Source of the DNA: Vitrella brassicaformis CCMP3155
Lineage: Eukaryota > Protista > Chromerida
Reading direction: 5' to 3'
Assembly (NCBI GenBank): GCA_001179505.1
Contig: CDMY01000788.1
Location: 1-20,220 of the forward strand
DNA length: 20,220 bases
The notes under the pieces are model-generated. The model saw nothing but the letters and a program-made list of their open reading frames with translations, searched no databases and was not told the DNA's origin. The position numbers were made by a program, and so were the translations under genes. Shown here one piece after another: positions 1 through 8,989 of this stretch (position 1 is its first letter; each line of letters starts with the position of its first letter).

Positions 1-179
1 GAAGTGAGATCTGTGTTGACCACCCTTCATGATGCCATACATGGACAGAAACAACTTTGACTGACTGGTCAGTCCATCGGTCTTACTAAAGTAAAAACAC
101 TCTTACTGGGACTTACCGCCCAGCAGATCCTCTCTTCAGCTAACTACAGGAAAGGTCCTCACCGGCCTTTTCGCACAGT

Positions 180-390
180 CGGGACTCCGCGTTCGCGAAA
201 TGCGTGCAAAGCCCCTCAAGCTCGCATAGAAGCCGTCAAAAAAGACGGTACCGAATGAAAAAGTCTCGCTCGGCCCCAATTACGAACAAACACGAACTTC
301 GGGTATGAAATTTCCCTCCTCCGTCGGGCTGGCGGGACTCGCTCGCGTTCGAGAAACGAAATGCAAAGCCCCCAAGCTCGCATGCAAGCC
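180..390. repeat. Degenerate direct duplication, about 50-bp unit with about 155-bp period
   Basis: 180-227 (CGGGACTC-CGCGTTCG-CGAAATGCG-TGCAAAGCCCC-T-CAAGCTCGCAT) and 333-383 (CGGGACTC-GCT-CGCGTTCG-AGAAACGAAA-TGCAAAGCCCC-CAAGCTCGCAT) share collinear blocks of 8, 8, 11 and 11 nt. Confidence 0.7.
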
Positions 391-550
391 CACAAGGGAA
401 CCGAAGAGAAGCTTGATAGACTTGAGTACTTCTTCTTGGAGGCATGCAACGGGTACAGCCCCCGAAGCAAAGCTACGCAACCCTAGGCAAACCCAAGCAA
501 ACCTAAACAAACCGAAACCCTCCAACAAAGCAAAGCAGAGCAGGGCCGAA

Positions 551-780
551 GGTGCATGGCCACGAGGGAGGGGAAAGATCAATGGAAAGTAAAGCAAAGC
601 AGGGCCCAACGTGCATGGCCACGAGGGAGGGGAAAGATCAATGCAAAGCAAAGCAAAGCGCATGGCCACGAGGGAGGGGAAAGATCAATGCAAAGCAAAG
701 CAAAGCAGAGCAGGGCCCAAGGTGCATGGCCACGAGGGAGGGGAAAGATCGATCCAAAGCAAAGCAAAGCAAAGCCAAAG
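551..780 (+). repeat. Minisatellite A: 4 copies of CATGGCCACGAGGGAGGGGAAAGATC separated by (GCAAA)n
   Basis: Copies begin near 555, 614, 661 and 725, with variable AAAGC spacers. Confidence 0.95.
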
Positions 781-1075
781 GCCAAAGGTGACGAGGGGGA
801 GGAGACAAGCAAAGCAAAGCCAAGCCAAAGCCAAAGCCAAAGCCAAAGCCAAAGGTGACGAGGGGGAGGAGACAAGCAAAGCAAAGCAAAGCAAAGCCAA
901 AGCCAAAGGTGACGAGGGGGAGGAGACAAGCAAAGCAAACCAAAGCCAAAGCCAAAGGTGACGAGGGGGAGGAGACAAGCAAAGCAGACAAGCAAAGCAA
1001 AGCAAAGCCCAAGCCAAAGGTGACGAGGGGGAGGAGACAAGTAAAGCGAAGCAAAGCAAAGCGAAAGCCAAAGCC
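781..1075 (+). repeat. Minisatellite B: 5 copies of GGTGACGAGGGGGAGGAGACAAG separated by (GCAAA/GCCAAA)n
   Basis: Copies at about 787, 854, 908, 957 and 1019. Two inverted copies at about 1461-1483 and 1505-1527 (the second with one mismatch). The core ACGAGGG-G/A-GG-A resembles unit A. Confidence 0.95.
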
Positions 1076-1222
1076 AGATGGATGGATGGATGGACAGACA
1101 CACAGACAGACAGGCAAGACGCTCATACACCACAATGATGGATGGATGGATGGATAAATGGATGGACAGACACACAGACACACAGACAGACAGACAGACA
1201 GACAGCCAAGACGCTCATACAC
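1076..1222 (+). repeat. Duplicated composite unit (GATG)n-(CAGA/CACA)n-CAAGACGCTCATACAC
   Basis: Two copies, ending at about 1129 and 1221, share the 16-mer CAAGACGCTCATACAC. Confidence 0.85.
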
Positions 1223-1812
1223 GAAAGCATGGCCGCACACAATCATGGATGGATGGACATCCGGGCGGACATGCGGGTTGGGCGAATGATAGGACCGATG
1301 CAGCTAGCCGTATTCACGTACGTACGCGTCGACATACACCACTCGCAGGGTGGCAGAGAGGAAGAGAGGAAGAGAGGAAGAGAGGGAGATAGGCAGACGC
1401 CCGACAATAGTGCAGTGCCTCCGCCATAGACACACATGCGCACACCCATGCTTTGCTTTGCTTGTCTCCTCCCCCTCGTCACCTTTGGCTTTGGCTTTGC
1501 TTTGCTTGTCTCCTCTCCCTCGTCACCTTTAGCTTTGCTTTGGCTTTGGCGAGCTTTGCTTGGCTTTGGCGAGCTTTGCTTGGCTTTGTCACGGGACCCA
1601 TTCGGCTGGCCCCCAGCTTTTCACTCAGCGCTTTCAGCACAGAGAGGGCTTTGCTCTGCTTCGCTTTGCTCTGCTTCGCTCATTGACCCTCCAGAGGAAA
1701 GGTTTGTCCGTTGGTTTGCTTTGCTTGGGCCGGTTTGGTAGGTTTGCTTTAGGGGCTGTAGCCGTTGCACTCTTGTCTGAGCGCGCCTGGCGTTCTGGTG
1801 CACTCATCTACT

Positions 1813-1859
1813 TGTGCGAGGGACACCTGTACAACATATGTGCGAGGGACACCTGTACA
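1813..1859 (+). repeat. Tandem duplication with 26-bp period
   Basis: TGTGCGAGGGACACCTGTACA occurs exactly at 1813-1833 and 1839-1859. Confidence 0.95.
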
Positions 1860-2246
1860 TATGTTAATGTGGATCAGACATCACCCATGGTGTGTGTAAG
1901 TCCGTTTGATTGATGTAATCACGATCGAGTCCATCCCATTGGTGCATCCCGTTCAGCCCGCCGCCTCACAGATATGCACACGCACACACAGACAGTGACA
2001 GGAAAAATAGTCAGAGCACACACAGGTGCTGCAACCAACCCCCTCTCTCAATCATTGGCTCGTCCATTCATCGCTGCACACAGGCAACGCATCTGTGCAG
2101 CAAGGCAAACGCCACGCTCAGCCCTGCTAAGTTACTCACTCACATCTCGCCACCCCTCAATTATCTCCATCCCTCTCGTCAAACACACTCATAGACAGCC
2201 AGACAGACAGGCGCTCTCGGCTGGCCGCCTCGGCATCCGTCTGCTC

Positions 2247-3774
2247 TCACAATGAGTGGTCGATGACCATCATGTCGGCCTCCTCGTCCACCTCCATCAT
2301 CTGCTCGTCGTCCGTAGGGGGCGACCCGATCGAGGCCATTGATGAGTTGGTGGCCGTGGGGGTGATGTGTGTGGGCTGGGGGAGGGGGAGGGGGAGGGGG
2401 GCGGGGACGGTGGGGGTGGGGATAGTGTGTGGCGGGGGGAACCCCCAGTCGATGTACGCCTTGACGACGGGCTGCAGCGCGGCGTCGTGGGTGAAGTAGG
2501 GATGCATGGAGAGCTCCTCAGCTGTGCGGCGTGACCCCGGCAGACACACCATCCTGAGGGCAAACAAACGCATAACAGACACACAGTGAGGACCTCTCTC
2601 TGTGTCTCCCTCTGTCTGTGGCTGCCTCCGTCTTACTTGGATAGCACGTCCAGCAGGCCCTCATCCCCCACCCCCCACCGCCGCAGCTTGGCCTTGATGC
2701 CGTCCGCACTGCTGACCTCGATTTCGCTAAACAGGCCCTGTGGGAATCCCATCGCCGCCGCCTCCTCGTTGCCCGGCCGTCCAGTGAACGTGAAAAGCTG
2801 CCGTGACAGCTGCGCTACGCCCTGCTTGGTGGCTCTGCCGAGAGGGAAGAGGTCCTTGGCGGCGTTCTTGCCCGTGGCCACCTCGACGGCCACGACACCT
2901 GTCTGGAAGATGTCTCCCTTCCTCTCATCATACCTCTGGAACATGGGTGAGCCTGAATGGACGCACCCATACATCAAGGACAGACCGACACAAAGGGATA
3001 AGGCATTGTCCATAGGGCATTGTCCCTTTCTCGCCTCTCTGTGATGTCCTGGCTGGCTGAGTGGATACCCTTGGGGTCGCTGTATGCCGCGTACGGCCAG
3101 GTCATCTCGGGCGTGAAGTAGCCCGGCGTGCCCCTCGCCCCCTGGAACCCCCGCCCACTCTCGGCCCCCATCGCCTGCTGCGCCTTGGCATGGACACTGA
3201 GGCCGAAGTCGATGGCGTTCAGCAGCGGCAGCCCCTCGATCTTTCTGCAGACCAGCAGGTTCTCCGAAGAGATGTCGCCGTGGGCGATGTCATTCTGGTG
3301 CAGGAAGGCCAGCATGCGGAGCAGCTCGTAGAGCACCGCCTTCGCCTCAAAGGCCGATACCTCCGAGCACCGCCCCAGCGACTGAGCCCCCTCCAGCAGT
3401 TCGAGCAGCAGCCACTGGTCCCCGTGCCGAGTGCTCTTGCTGGCCATGTGGTGGCCATATCGTCTGACGACGTTGGGGTGCCAGGCGCGGCGGTAAAAGC
3501 CGGGGGGTATGCTGCTGGCGATGGCCTTGGTCTCGGCAGCCGACTGCAAGACATCCAAGGCCAGCATCTCGTTGATGTTAGATGGGTGGACGGTGCTGCC
3601 CGCCGCCTCGTCCGGCTGCTGAGGGTCGTAGACTTTGAGTGCGAAGGAACGGCTCGGGTCGGCATAGGCTTTATCCTTGGCCTTGAACACGGTAGAATGA
3701 CCGCCCGCGCCCAGCGGCCTCGCAGCGACCTCAAAACGCCCAGATGCAAGGGCGTTGTGGCCTTTAAAGGCCAT
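2247..3774 (-). CDS. Divergent Ser/Thr protein kinase; complement(join(2247..2553,2637..2952,3069..3774)), 442 aa; possible extra 5' exon 3994..4059 spliced to 3816 (478 aa)
   Basis: Subdomains appear in order: LGAGGHSTVF (Gly loop), FALKVY, INEM (alpha-C Glu), AHGDISSENLL, AIDFGLS, GTPGYFTPE, KGDIFQTGVVAVEVATG, KMVCLPGSRRTAEELSMHPYF. Two GT-AG introns (3068-2953, phase 1; 2636-2554, phase 2) keep the frame to TGA at 2249-2247. The tail is Pro-rich and acidic. Confidence 0.92.
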
Positions 3775-4543
3775 CGCAGGGCGGTATGGATGGCCGGGGG
3801 GCGTCGTCAGGTGTGGCTGAAGAAGGCTGATGGACGGCAGGTGAGTGCTGATAGGTTAACGAAGAGCAAAACTCGGAAACAGATGACAATAGAGCTGAAA
3901 AGAGGGGCGACAGAACACGCTTGCATGCATGCACTGACCAGCGCTGGTCGTGGGGGCGGAAAAATCAGCCGTCTCACGTTTGGAACCGCTTACGGATTTG
4001 TCTTGGTGTTGCTTCTTCTGCACTGAGAGCGGCGGTTTGCAGTGCATTTTCGGCTCCATAGCTCTATACGCGAGCAGGTCCTCGGTATGGTCAGGCACTG
4101 ATGGGGAGTCTGATTCTGGCAGACAGCACAACGCGGTGATCTTCACTCTGTTTTTATTTGTTAGTGGATTTTTGCTGTCGACTTTTCCATCGCATTCGTG
4201 CATCCACATGCAGACCGTGTGAAAGAGGCATTCAGTGCATTCATCCGGATTGCCCTTCCTTCTACTCTCCAATGCTGCTTTCTCACGTGCATCAACATAC
4301 GTATGTGGTGAATGAACATGAATCATTCCAGCAAGTACTCAAACGTTCTCATCTCCTGACGCTTTGTTCCTCGATGCAATGCACACACACACAGACACGC
4401 AGTCCCGCCGCCCCCCTGCCTGACAGTCAGCTACTTGTGTGTCTTCCATGACGCCATTCAGGCTGCAGAACACACACCAACAAACACACAATGGAAACAT
4501 AGATCAGGTCCTCTGCATCACCTCTGTGGCCCTCACCTCCTGT

Positions 4544-5946
4544 CTATGGTGCCTGGCCGTCGAGGACGATGGGGGCGATTGGGCCGAGGACAGGCCTCGC
4601 CATGGCGGCTGTGAGGGGGTATCGCTGTGCGAAGGGCGCATCATTGGCCACTCCTGCTGCCGGCGCCTCGGTGGTGACGATGGCGATGGGCACTGCACGC
4701 AAACGATAGCAGATGATCGGACAACATGACAGCAATGAGTATGTGTTGAGGATGTGTTGTTCTTTTCGGTGTAAGCGTACCATTCTGGTCGTTGAGGCCT
4801 TGGGGGACACCCAAGGCAATGTATGCGATGAAGGGGTCATCGGACGACGTCAAAACATGCGACTGCCCACACCCCACACCGACCATCTCGTATGTCATCA
4901 CGTGTGAGCACTCGTGGAGGGGCGTGTGAGGCGATTGGGTCACGATGCGATCCAAATAACCACCATGCACAGCCCTGACACACAGATACATGTTTGAAAC
5001 AGACCACGAGCGACCTGCCGTCCATCCACTTACCGGTCTACCGCCACCATTGGCGACCGGTACATGCCGCCAATAGCCCGCATCCGGTGACTCAGCACCA
5101 GGTTCTTCAACAGGGAACTCGCCGATGCGGTAACGGAGGCCCCGCCGTTGACACCACCCGTCATCCAGCCCACACCAGGCCGCCACCCAATGCGGCAGCG
5201 GACGGGTGGGTCGTGCGGCTTGGCGTGTTGCTGGAAGGGGTGGCGGGAGAAGGGATGGATGGGGCGGCTGGGGAGGGGGAGGGGCGGGTTGATGGTGACG
5301 GTGAAGCCGGGCTGATTGCGGATGAGGCTTAGCTCGTTGTTGTGGTGGAACAGTTGCAGTGTGCCGTCTTGCTGGCCATTGGGGCGACGGAGGGCCACAC
5401 GGCGGCCGACGATCATCCACTGCGCACAGAATCGGGGCACCGATGAGTAGTCCTGCATTCAACACACACAGACACACACACACACACACACAGACAGAGA
5501 GCCATTCACTCATTGCCCCATTGCCTCTTCTCTTGTGTGTGTCGTGCTTACCGCCTTGGTGGCGTGTGTCTGCAGATCTCCGGCACCCACAGTGATGGGC
5601 AGCTGACAATAGCCGCACTGCTCGGCGAGTCTAATTGTATCTCGACCTCCCCCCAGCCGCCCTCGCCCCCCTCCTCCACCACCCAGGTGGCCTTCATGAC
5701 ATCGCCGTGGCTAAGCTGATCGTCGAACTGCACCACCCCGCCCACCCCCGCCCGCTCGATGGCCCTCCGCAGCCGAGTACGGCGGATGATGGGCCGCAGG
5801 GCGTTTCTGAAGTGGCGGGCTGTCGCCTTGAGTCGGGCGACGGCGGTGAAGTCAGAGAGTGCCAGGACGATGCTTATCGGCTCAGCGGGAATGTCAGACA
5901 CCTGCAACCGCCGAGCCTGACGACACACACAAAGACACACATAGAG

Positions 5947-5978
<32 letters not shown>

Positions 5979-6376
5979 TCTCTCTCTCACCAGTGTGTGG
6001 GTGTGTGTTGTGAGTGCGATGGTCGAGTCGATGTCGTCCGCCAGCTGGGCCAGACGGGCCGATTCGTTGGCGAGTTGACGAGTGACCTTGGCGACCATCT
6101 GACGAATCAATGAGAGCACACGAGACACCATGACACGGAGGCCTTTGTGCTGTGTGTGGCAGTTTGGCCGCACCAGTGGTGTGAACGCAGCGGTGTCCAT
6201 CTGAGTGAGTTGGCCGATGCCATTGTTGACCTGCATACCACAGCACACACAAACAGCACAAAGAAACCGATGAGCGACGGATGCACTGAATGAGTGAATG
6301 AGTGAGTGTGTTGGCTACCTACCCTGGCCTGATCGGTCTGATAGGTTTGAATCTGTGCCAGCAGCTGCTGCCGCAT
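4544..6376 (-). pseudogene. F-box-like hypothetical protein of a lineage-expanded (Vitrella-type) family with an apparent 1-nt deletion; complement(join(4544..4692,4781..4974,5034..5452,5552..5916,5991..6098,6174..6230,6323..6376)), about 448 aa if repaired
   Basis: All six introns are GT-AG with compatible phases, except that exon 5552-5916 is 365 nt between two phase-0 junctions. Its 5' part reads ...VSDIPAEPISIVLALSDFTAVARLKAT...GGWGEVE. Its 3' part reads TIRLAEQCGYCQLPITVGAGDLQTHATKA in the shifted frame, joining DYSSVPRFCAQW...HPFQQHAKPHDPPVR...TQSPHTP...TTEAP...FAQRYPLT. It may be an intact gene with an assembly indel. Confidence 0.75.
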
Positions 6377-6685
6377 CGCCGCCGTTGACGTCTGCAGCAG
6401 ACGTCACATGGCAAACAACAACACAATCAGAGATCTACGTGCTTTGCTTGGCCCCTCTTCTCTCACCTGAACAGCGCTGGCAGCCATCATCATCTGGGAA
6501 GGAGACGATGAATCAGACTGCTACTTCGGGACCTCACCAAGCTCTTCTCGCCTCTCTCGCCACCGCAACCCCCTCATTCTGCCCTCTCCTTCTCACTGCG
6601 AGCTTAGAGGTGCGATGAGCAGCTGCGAAAGTGATAGACCACGGCCGTCCATGTCAGCCGAGCGGTGACGTCAGATCAGCGGCCT
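6377..6685. promoter_or_regulatory. Short divergent intergenic region (putative bidirectional promoter) with GACGTC palindromes
   Basis: 309 bp between head-to-head ATGs (6376 -, 6686 +). Contains TGACGTCTG-cag-CAGACGTCA (6386-6406) and TGACGTCA (6666-6673). Confidence 0.5.
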
Positions 6686-8852
6686 ATGATGGAGGCCGAC
6701 GACAATCACGGTCAGCATCTGGATGATGTCGATGACGAGAGCCACGCATTCATCGACCCCACGGACGGCGTCGAGGCGGCCGTCCTGGAGGCCACAGAGG
6801 GGCTGGATGACTACGAGAACGGGTCAGAACACGAGAGGCGTCAATGAACGCATCCCATATCTCTGCTGGTTGTTTGCTTCTCTTTGTGTCAGGATGGATG
6901 ACGGCGAGCCAGATGAAGGCGACGAGGGAGACGACCAGATGGACGACGCCTCTCGCTTATCCGCCGCCCTCCCCGCCCTCCCCGACACTTCTCTGCTCAC
7001 CATCTCCTCCCACACCAAAGAGGTCTTCGCTGTCGCATTCGCGCCCACCGACCCGCGTCTCATAGTGACCGGCGGCTGTGACGACAAGGCATTCGTCCAT
7101 CGGCTGGTCGAGCGGCCCTCTGACGGGCCCTCAGCGCCATCCAAGTGGGCAGCCGAGCAGGTGTGTTGTCTGGAGGGCCACACCGACTCTGTTGTGAGCG
7201 TGGCTTTCGGCTTTGACGGCAACTATGCTGCCACCGGGGGCTACGACGGGATTGTCAAGGTGTGGGCCATGCAGAGGGACGGCGAGGAACCGGCCTGGTC
7301 TCTGCTGCACTCTCTGGAGGGGCCTTCAGAGGAGGTGGAATGGGTCGCCTGGCACCCGAAGGGCCACGCACTCCTTGCCGGTAATGCATACCCACACAGC
7401 TCAATCCATCCATCCATCCACGCCATCTGTGTGTGTGCGTGACGGGTGCAGGTAGTCGTGACTGCACTGCGTGGCTTTGGTGGGCGCCGACCGGCAAAGT
7501 GATGCAGATCTTCGCCGGCCAGCACGGCGGGGCCGTCTCGTGCGGGGCGTTCGGCATGGCCGGCAAACTCATCTGCACTGGTCCGCCCCGCCAGTCACCG
7601 ACACACCAGAATCCATCCCTCCGTGGCATTGATTGTAACAGGTTCAGAGGATGGCTCTGCGGCTGTGTGGAGTCCGAAGGGCGGTGAGGCCCTCCACTTT
7701 CTGCGTCGGGCGGAGGAGCGGTCGGAGGGCAGCGGCACCAGCACAGAGGCCTTCCACACCGACGCCGTCGTGGCCATCGCGACACACCAGGCACGGGATA
7801 TGCTGCAGGCAGAGGGCTCGCTCACATGGTCGCATCCCGCCTTCGCGTGTCTTCCTGTGCACATCAGAGTTTGCCGCTGATGGCGACTGGATCGGCCGAC
7901 ATGACATGCAAGGTGGTGCATCTGGAGAGCGGCAGGGTCCTCGCCACACTCGGTGAGTGGGTGGGTGGGTGATTGAGGAGACGAGAGAGACAGACAGAGA
8001 GAGAGAGAGAGAGGGCATATGTCGAGTGCATAGGATGACACCAGCTGTTGATAGGAAGAGAATGAGATGCATTACTTACGGCCGTCTCTGATTCATACTC
8101 TACCACGTGCAGCCTGACGCACCCCACCCGCCGGATGCACAACACACCCTGCCCTGCACACCCACTAGTGGATGGATGGATGGATGGATGGGCCATTGGA
8201 TGCGTGTGTGCACGTGTGTGTATGTCAGGTGGCCACAGAGGCAGTGTGGAGGGTCTGGCTTTCGGATGTTGGGACGCACAGCCGACGCTCCTCGCCACGG
8301 GCGGACTTGACGGCAAGATACAAGTCTGGGACTTGAGGTAACAGAGCCAGACACCCACTCGCTATGACACACACACACACGGATGGTCAGTCGCATATCT
8401 CGCTCTCTCTCACATGATCAGTCGATACGAGTGTCGGTGCACCATGGCCCACACCCACATCAGTGGTGCTGAGGACACCTCCAACCAGCAAGAGCAGGAA
8501 GAGCAGCAGCGGGAGCAAGACAGCGACATCAGCGGCATCGTCCGTCTCAAGTGGTGCCCCGACGGCCGCCCGCTGCTCGTCAGCTGCTCGACCGACGCGA
8601 CCATCAGGTGAACGCCCTGCACACACGCCTATATTCATCCATCCTTGTCCGTGTGGTGTGTGTATGTGTGCCGACAGGTTGTGGGATGGGCGCACCAGCC
8701 AGTGCGAGCGGCTGCTGACGGGCCACAGCAACGCGGTGCTCGACATGGACCTCCGTGTGGGGACGGGGGATGGTGGCAGCTGCCTGTGGGTGGCGTCGGG
8801 GTCTGACGACCACACGTGCAAGCTGTGGCGAGTCGAGCTGCCCAGTGTGTGA
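6686..8852 (+). CDS. SQT1: WD40-repeat protein, SQT1/AAMP-like (uL16/Rpl10 chaperone family); join(6686..6822,6893..7380,7452..7580,7642..7790,7868..7952,8229..8337,8422..8607,8678..8852), 485 aa
   Basis: Acidic N-terminus, then WD repeats (HTKEVFAVAF..TGGCDD; GHTDSVVSVAF..TGGYDGIVKVW; EEVEWVAWHPKGHALLAG; GHRGSVEGLAF..TGGLDGKIQVWD; GHSNAVLDMD..SGSDDHTCKLW). EWxxWHPxGxxLLAG matches the AAMP/Sqt1 signature as I recall it. Exons sum to 1458 nt with consistent phases; intron 7791-7867 is GC-AG. Confidence 0.85.
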
Positions 8853-8989
8853 ATGGATGGATGGATGATCGAGAAACGAGTCTTTGTTGTTGTACTATGG
8901 CTGTGTGCCGCCGGCGGTTGTTTGTCAGTTCGTTGGATCGAGACCCATGGTTGACTGAATGGATTGGATTGCCCGATTGGGCACTAACT

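Larger units (their letters stand above)
445..1769. mobile_element. Foldback-like non-autonomous element with modular inverted arms built from tandem subrepeats
   Basis: Outer inverted repeat 445-476 vs 1738-1769 matches at 28/32. Inner inverted match 891-939 vs 1452-1500 is 49/49. The left arm is (GCAAA/GCCAAA)-rich and the right arm is its (TTTGC/TTTGGC) mirror. The loop (about 1076-1450) is microsatellite-rich with no credible ORF. No target-site duplication or transposase is seen. Confidence 0.6.

Noticed and set aside
1-258. Frame +1 reads as about 85 codons with a single internal TGA (EVRSVLTTLHDAIHGQKQL*LTGQSIGLTKVKTLLLGL...), possibly a decayed transposon ORF end
   Set aside because: No recognisable motif, and one stop in 85 codons in one of six frames is not statistically unusual.
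551-1075. Constant 23-26-bp units with variable spacers, superficially CRISPR-like
   Set aside because: The spacers are themselves AAAGC repeats rather than unique sequence, the context is eukaryotic, and there are no cas genes.
552-1741. Many 80-200-aa ORFs (KAKQS-rich; LLCFA-rich hydrophobic)
   Set aside because: They are translations of stop-free minisatellites and microsatellites in several frames and on both strands.
2375-2425. G-run cluster with G-quadruplex potential
   Set aside because: Explained by Pro-rich codons (PAPLPLPLPQP) of the kinase tail on the minus strand.
3061-4026. 321-aa plus-strand ORF
   Set aside because: Antisense shadow of the GC3-rich kinase exon; no motifs.
4641-5618. 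325-aa minus-strand ORF
   Set aside because: Mostly off-frame or intronic. Only 4974-4781 is used, as one exon of the F-box-like gene.
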